NCBI GenBank assembly: GCA_010015585.1
Contig: ML975172.1
Direction: 5' to 3' (one strand)
Source: Eremomyces bilateralis CBS 781.70
Lineage: Eukaryota
DNA: 49,552 nucleotides
Shown here: piece by piece, positions 45,648-49,552 of the stretch
Numbering within the stretch: the first letter of the stretch is position 1
How the letters are laid out: every line of letters begins with the position of its first letter
Translations under genes and position numbers: made by a program
The notes under the pieces: generated by a model
The model's database searches: none
Told to the model about the DNA's origin: nothing
Seen by the model: only the letters and a program-made list of their open reading frames with translations

Positions 45648-46919
45648 ATGAGTTACAATAACTCGGTGCTTACCATCACGACGTCTGCTGTCCCTGATCC
45701 TTACGTGGTCCAGGCCCACGGGAAGTTCTATTTGGTACGCATTCGAACAGAGTGAGAGGTTGAACATGGTCTAACTTCCTTTCCAAGGTCTATACCGCTG
45801 GAGATCGAGTCGAGATCTGGTGCGGCAGCAATCTCTGTTGCTTGGAAGGGACTTGCCATAAGACCGTCGTCTGGTATGGCATCGGACATATCCCGAAGTG
45901 TACCTTTTATTGTTTCTAATATAGCTGCAGGCGACCACCGCCCGACAAGGAGTACTCTGGCGGCATCTGGGCTCCAGAGCTCCATATTGTTGACGGAAGA
46001 TGGTAAGCATATTGACACCCGCTCACCGCATCGACTAAGCGAGAGTAGGTATATCTACGTGTCTTGCGAGAATCCTCGAGAAGGAAATAAATCTCATCGT
46101 ATGTACGTGATCGGGGGACCACGTTCATCCGAAGACCCGTGCACCGGCGGATCGTGGGAATTCCTAGGTCCATTGCGCGGCATGCCTAATCAATGGGCTA
46201 TTGATGGCACGGTTGCGAGAATCAACAACCAGAACTACTTCATCTATTCTGGCTGGCCGCTGCATAACCCGTCGCAGTCCGACAACGTCCAATGTCTTTT
46301 TATTCAACGTATGACGTCACCGACCGAAACTGTCGGCGAGCCAGCCTGCATCTGCGAACCTCACGAGCATTGGGAGAAATCGGATGGGAAAGGCATCAAC
46401 GAAGGACCGCAATGGTTTGCCTCGCCTGATGGTTCCTGGCAAGGGCTCGCGTACAGCTGTGCTGGAAGCTGGACTCGAGACTACAAGATGAACACCCTCC
46501 GATACACTGGGGGGGATCCACTCAACAAAAGCAGCTGGCATAAGTCTCCCCAGCCGTTGATCCAGGCCCGCAGGCATCCGCCATTCGGCCCTGGACATGG
46601 CTCGTTCCTTCGTCATGATAACGGCGAGACGTTGAGTGTCTATCATGGTACGGATCGGGAAACTGACGGCTGGGAGAACCGCAAAGCGCGACTACAGCGA
46701 GTGGCTTGGACTTCCGAAGGGCCAAGTATGGGCACTGGCATTGTGGGAACTTTGGTGAATGACGAAGGAATGTTTTGGACGATGCCAGCTGCAAAGGACG
46801 AACGGTTCCGAGATGGTGTTGACGATGCAGTGTTTGATATGAAGGACAAGGTCGATGGCTTTAAGAATGATGTGACAGGGCATCTTGGAAGTTTGAAAGA
46901 CAAGTTTCGCAAGTTTTGA
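45648..46919 (+). CDS. Glycoside hydrolase family 43 (arabinofuranosidase-like), 4 exons (introns 45735-45787, 45874-45930, 46003-46048)
   Basis: Catalytic base PDPYV, WAPELH, pKa modulator WAIDGT, catalytic acid INEGPQ, GPGHGSF and VYHG. No signal peptide. Confidence 0.93.
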
Positions 46920-47360
46920 GAAGCGGGATATTCGGTGGTACTTGGTAGCCTGAATCCGGGAAGCTGGAAGTCGTACGGAGTATTGAGGTTAGTGATGTCT
47001 CAAATGCCCTTCCTTTGTTCATTGGTTTTGTTAGCATAACAGCTAATTACCCCCCGCCAGGGTACAGTCGCGAGCAGAATCGGTTTTCGGTTTTACACTT
47101 TGATTTGTTCTCACGGCACGGTCCTCCTATTACGAATCAGGGACGCAGATAATATAATCCCGCTTTCCAAATTACACAATCCACCATTTCAACTGGAGGA
47201 TTGCTGCCTTGGGCCCATCCAAATCATGTGATTTATTCTTCACAGTACAGAATGTTACTTAGGATATATCAGTAATAGAACAGTGTCATATCTCTATTCT
47301 ATATATCTTTTCTACGCATCCTCTCTTTCAAGCACGTGTAAAATGAGTATTTTTTGCTCT

Positions 47361-49388
47361 TCAGGCTGCTGCTGGCTTGCTCAGGCATAGCCTCACTGCC
47401 ATGCAGAGTACTAGCACCATCGGGGGGGGGATCTCTCTAAGCTCCTCTTTACCGTTAACTGATGTCCTGCTTGGTCCCAGTCTTTCCTCCTCTGCCTCTT
47501 GTTGCATAGCTGTAAAGCGATTCAGACACGCAATGGCTCTCGGGGGCTGAGAACCGAGCTTCTGCTTGTAGCCGTTGGATGCTCTCTGGTAGAGCTCGGA
47601 CGCCTCCTTATATTGCCCGCGCTTATGTAAAAGATAGGCAAGGCAGTAGACGGAAGTAAGTATATCAGGATGATCCATTCCAAGCTCCTTCTCATACCCT
47701 TCCAGCACTCGCCGGTTCCGCTTCTCCGCATCCGAGTACCCCCCCTGATCTTGTAGCATGCCCGCCAGGTTGTTCACGCTCGTCAGCGTAACTGGGTGAT
47801 GTACACTTAACTCCTTCTCCCTCCCTTCTAGCGCTCGCCGGTTCAGCTTCTCCGCCTCCGAGTACTTCCCCTGATCCCGCAGCACGCCCGCAAGGACATC
47901 AACACTTATTAGTGTCAACTGGTCTTCTTGTCCATATGCCCTTTCTCTAGTATTCAGCGCCCTTACTGCCATGCCGTGTGCTGTCTTATACCTCCCTATC
48001 ATCCACATATATCACGCAGAATTTATAAGAATCTGAGTCCAGTCTTTCAAGGACTCGTTAGTCACCGGCTTAGCGTCATATAACGATTTAGCGTGTGGAA
48101 GCAGTTGCTGGCACTTCGCCCAGTTCTTAAACCCGCCGGTGGGCAGCTCTCGTGCCATTAATTGTACGAATTGTTTCTTCCACCACTCGGCGTCGCTAAA
48201 CGACAATAGCCAGACTTGTGTGCAAAACTGCACCAGGGCGTGCATCTCACACATGTCAGTCTCGGCTGTCGCAGCAACAAGGGAGTAAGCTTGTAAGGTA
48301 TCAAAATCTTCGTCAAATTCATTATTAGCCTCGTCTTCGCACCCTGGTTTTGCCACTGTCCTACTGACTATCCTACTATGCCTGCGAAGTATCGACTCCG
48401 GAATACCTTGAGGGTTAAAGAAGCTCATAAGCGACAGCAAGTCTGCAGCAGACGGCATTTCTTCACGAATTCGCTCAAACGATATCTGCCACGTCGTTAC
48501 CACCGAGCTGGATGCACTATCGTCCCTACGGATATCGCCTATATCCAAATTTAGGAGATTTTCTCTCTTGTTGTTGTTTCTATGAAACTCGCCGAGGTAC
48601 TTAGGGATCGTCATTCGAGCTCGCCGGTTGATATATGCAGCGGCCTGGGTGATTGCAAGAGGGATGTAGTCGAGAGCACGCAGCAGATCAATTGCGTCGT
48701 CGGTCAACGCGTCCTGCAGCTTGTTCCGGAGGAGCTGTAGGCCTTGGGTCTCGTTCATTGCCCGTACTTCCTTGATATTCTTCTAGCCTCCTGATAGTCT
48801 GGCTGCTGCATCCTTGTTCCTAGAAGTGATCAGGGTCGATCCGTTCCGGCTTTGCGGGAGGTAAGCCGCCAGCGATGCCGGCGGGCTTCTCGACGGCTCG
48901 TCTTTCTTATCGTCTCGCGACGGGAAGAAGGTCTCGAGGTTATCGACGTTGTCCAGGATCATCGTCCATTGGCCGTTTGTCTCCTCGCACAGCCAGTTGC
49001 GGACCAGCCGTAAAATATCGGCCTTCGGATTCTCTCGCCCCGGAAACTCCAGCCTGTCTGCAATATCTCTATACGCTTCTTCGAACCGGGCCTTGGTGCT
49101 GGCGTGCAACCAGAATACGGACGTTTGCGGCGATGTATCGCGGATCTCGTGGCAGTATCGGATAGCTATTTGCGACTTTCTACCAGCTGTTAGCCTCCTA
49201 ACGGAATAAGCAGACGTTGGCATATGGTACCCTACGCCGCCAAGACCGACGAGCGCGGCGCGAGCGCCCAGTCTTGCGCACTTGTCGCAGATCCACGCTA
49301 GAATATCGGGCCGGTCGACGAAGTCGGAAGTCAGAGTCTGGGGCGAACGGGACGGCGGAGAAGGGGTTGCGTTGTCGGCTCGGTCCGT
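47361..49388 (-). pseudogene. NLR-like NB-ARC + TPR pseudogene
   Basis: Walker A ALVGLGGVG|KS (intron 49230-49180), VFWLHAS, Walker B WTMILDNVD, LITSRN, YIPLAITQAAAYI and MHALVQ. About 3.5 TPR units of 42 aa follow. It carries in-frame stops at 48785-48783 (GG*KNI) and 48014-48012 (SA*YMW) and a 7-bp duplication frameshift at 49320-49333. Confidence 0.9.
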
Positions 49389-49460
49389 CTGTGCGCTGGT
49401 TTAAGCACAACTAGATATTATTAGATAACTAATTACAGTCGATAATTATTTGATGGTCAT

Positions 49461-49552
49461 TAGGGCTGGACACGAATATTCGATTACGAATATTCGTACG
49501 AATATTCGTAGTCGAATACGAATAAAATTTAGAATTTCCGCTTACTAATATT
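49461..49552 (+). mobile_element. Probable terminus of a hAT-like DNA transposon or MITE (runs off the right edge)
   Basis: Starts TAGGGCTGG, which fits the (C/T)A(A/G)NG hAT TIR consensus. Clustered subterminal CGAATA/TATTCG repeats follow (CGAATATTCG x3) in AT-rich DNA. The other end is not visible. Confidence 0.6.

Noticed and set aside
1..49552. Starship-type giant element, secondary-metabolite cluster or prokaryotic defence system
   Set aside because: No DUF3435 tyrosine recombinase, PKS/NRPS/terpene synthase or operon-like structure is present; the window is mostly conserved housekeeping genes.

Overview
This window is eukaryotic DNA from a filamentous ascomycete (Pezizomycotina-type), judged by short GT-AG introns with CTRAY branch sites and typical fungal core genes. 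A gene-dense block at 3.7-31 kb holds a cutinase, NmrA-like reductase, WDR8-like WD40 protein, BTB protein, SDR, Sac2-like phosphatase, ATP12, Osh1/2-type OSBP, a hypothetical protein, an unusual ELO elongase, PRP18 and SAP18. A looser region follows, with an amidohydrolase-3, a solo LTR, a membrane-anchored hypothetical, a PTEN/TEP1 phosphatase, an Om14-like protein and a GH43. The left edge has an LTR plus an apparently intact, intron-containing Tc1-type DD36E transposase preceded by a phased direct/inverted 17-bp repeat array. The right edge has an NB-ARC-TPR (NLR) pseudogene next to a hAT-like transposon end. The most notable observations are: a cutinase whose Asp-His loop carries a Cys-flanked RR...LEAR connecting peptide (possible proinsulin-like two-chain processing); an obligatory 2-nt microexon; the phased repeat array upstream of the transposase; an ~850-aa QxxHH elongase; and alternating C-rich then G-rich synonymous blocks inside many genes. 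All gene models were read by eye and no database searches were run.
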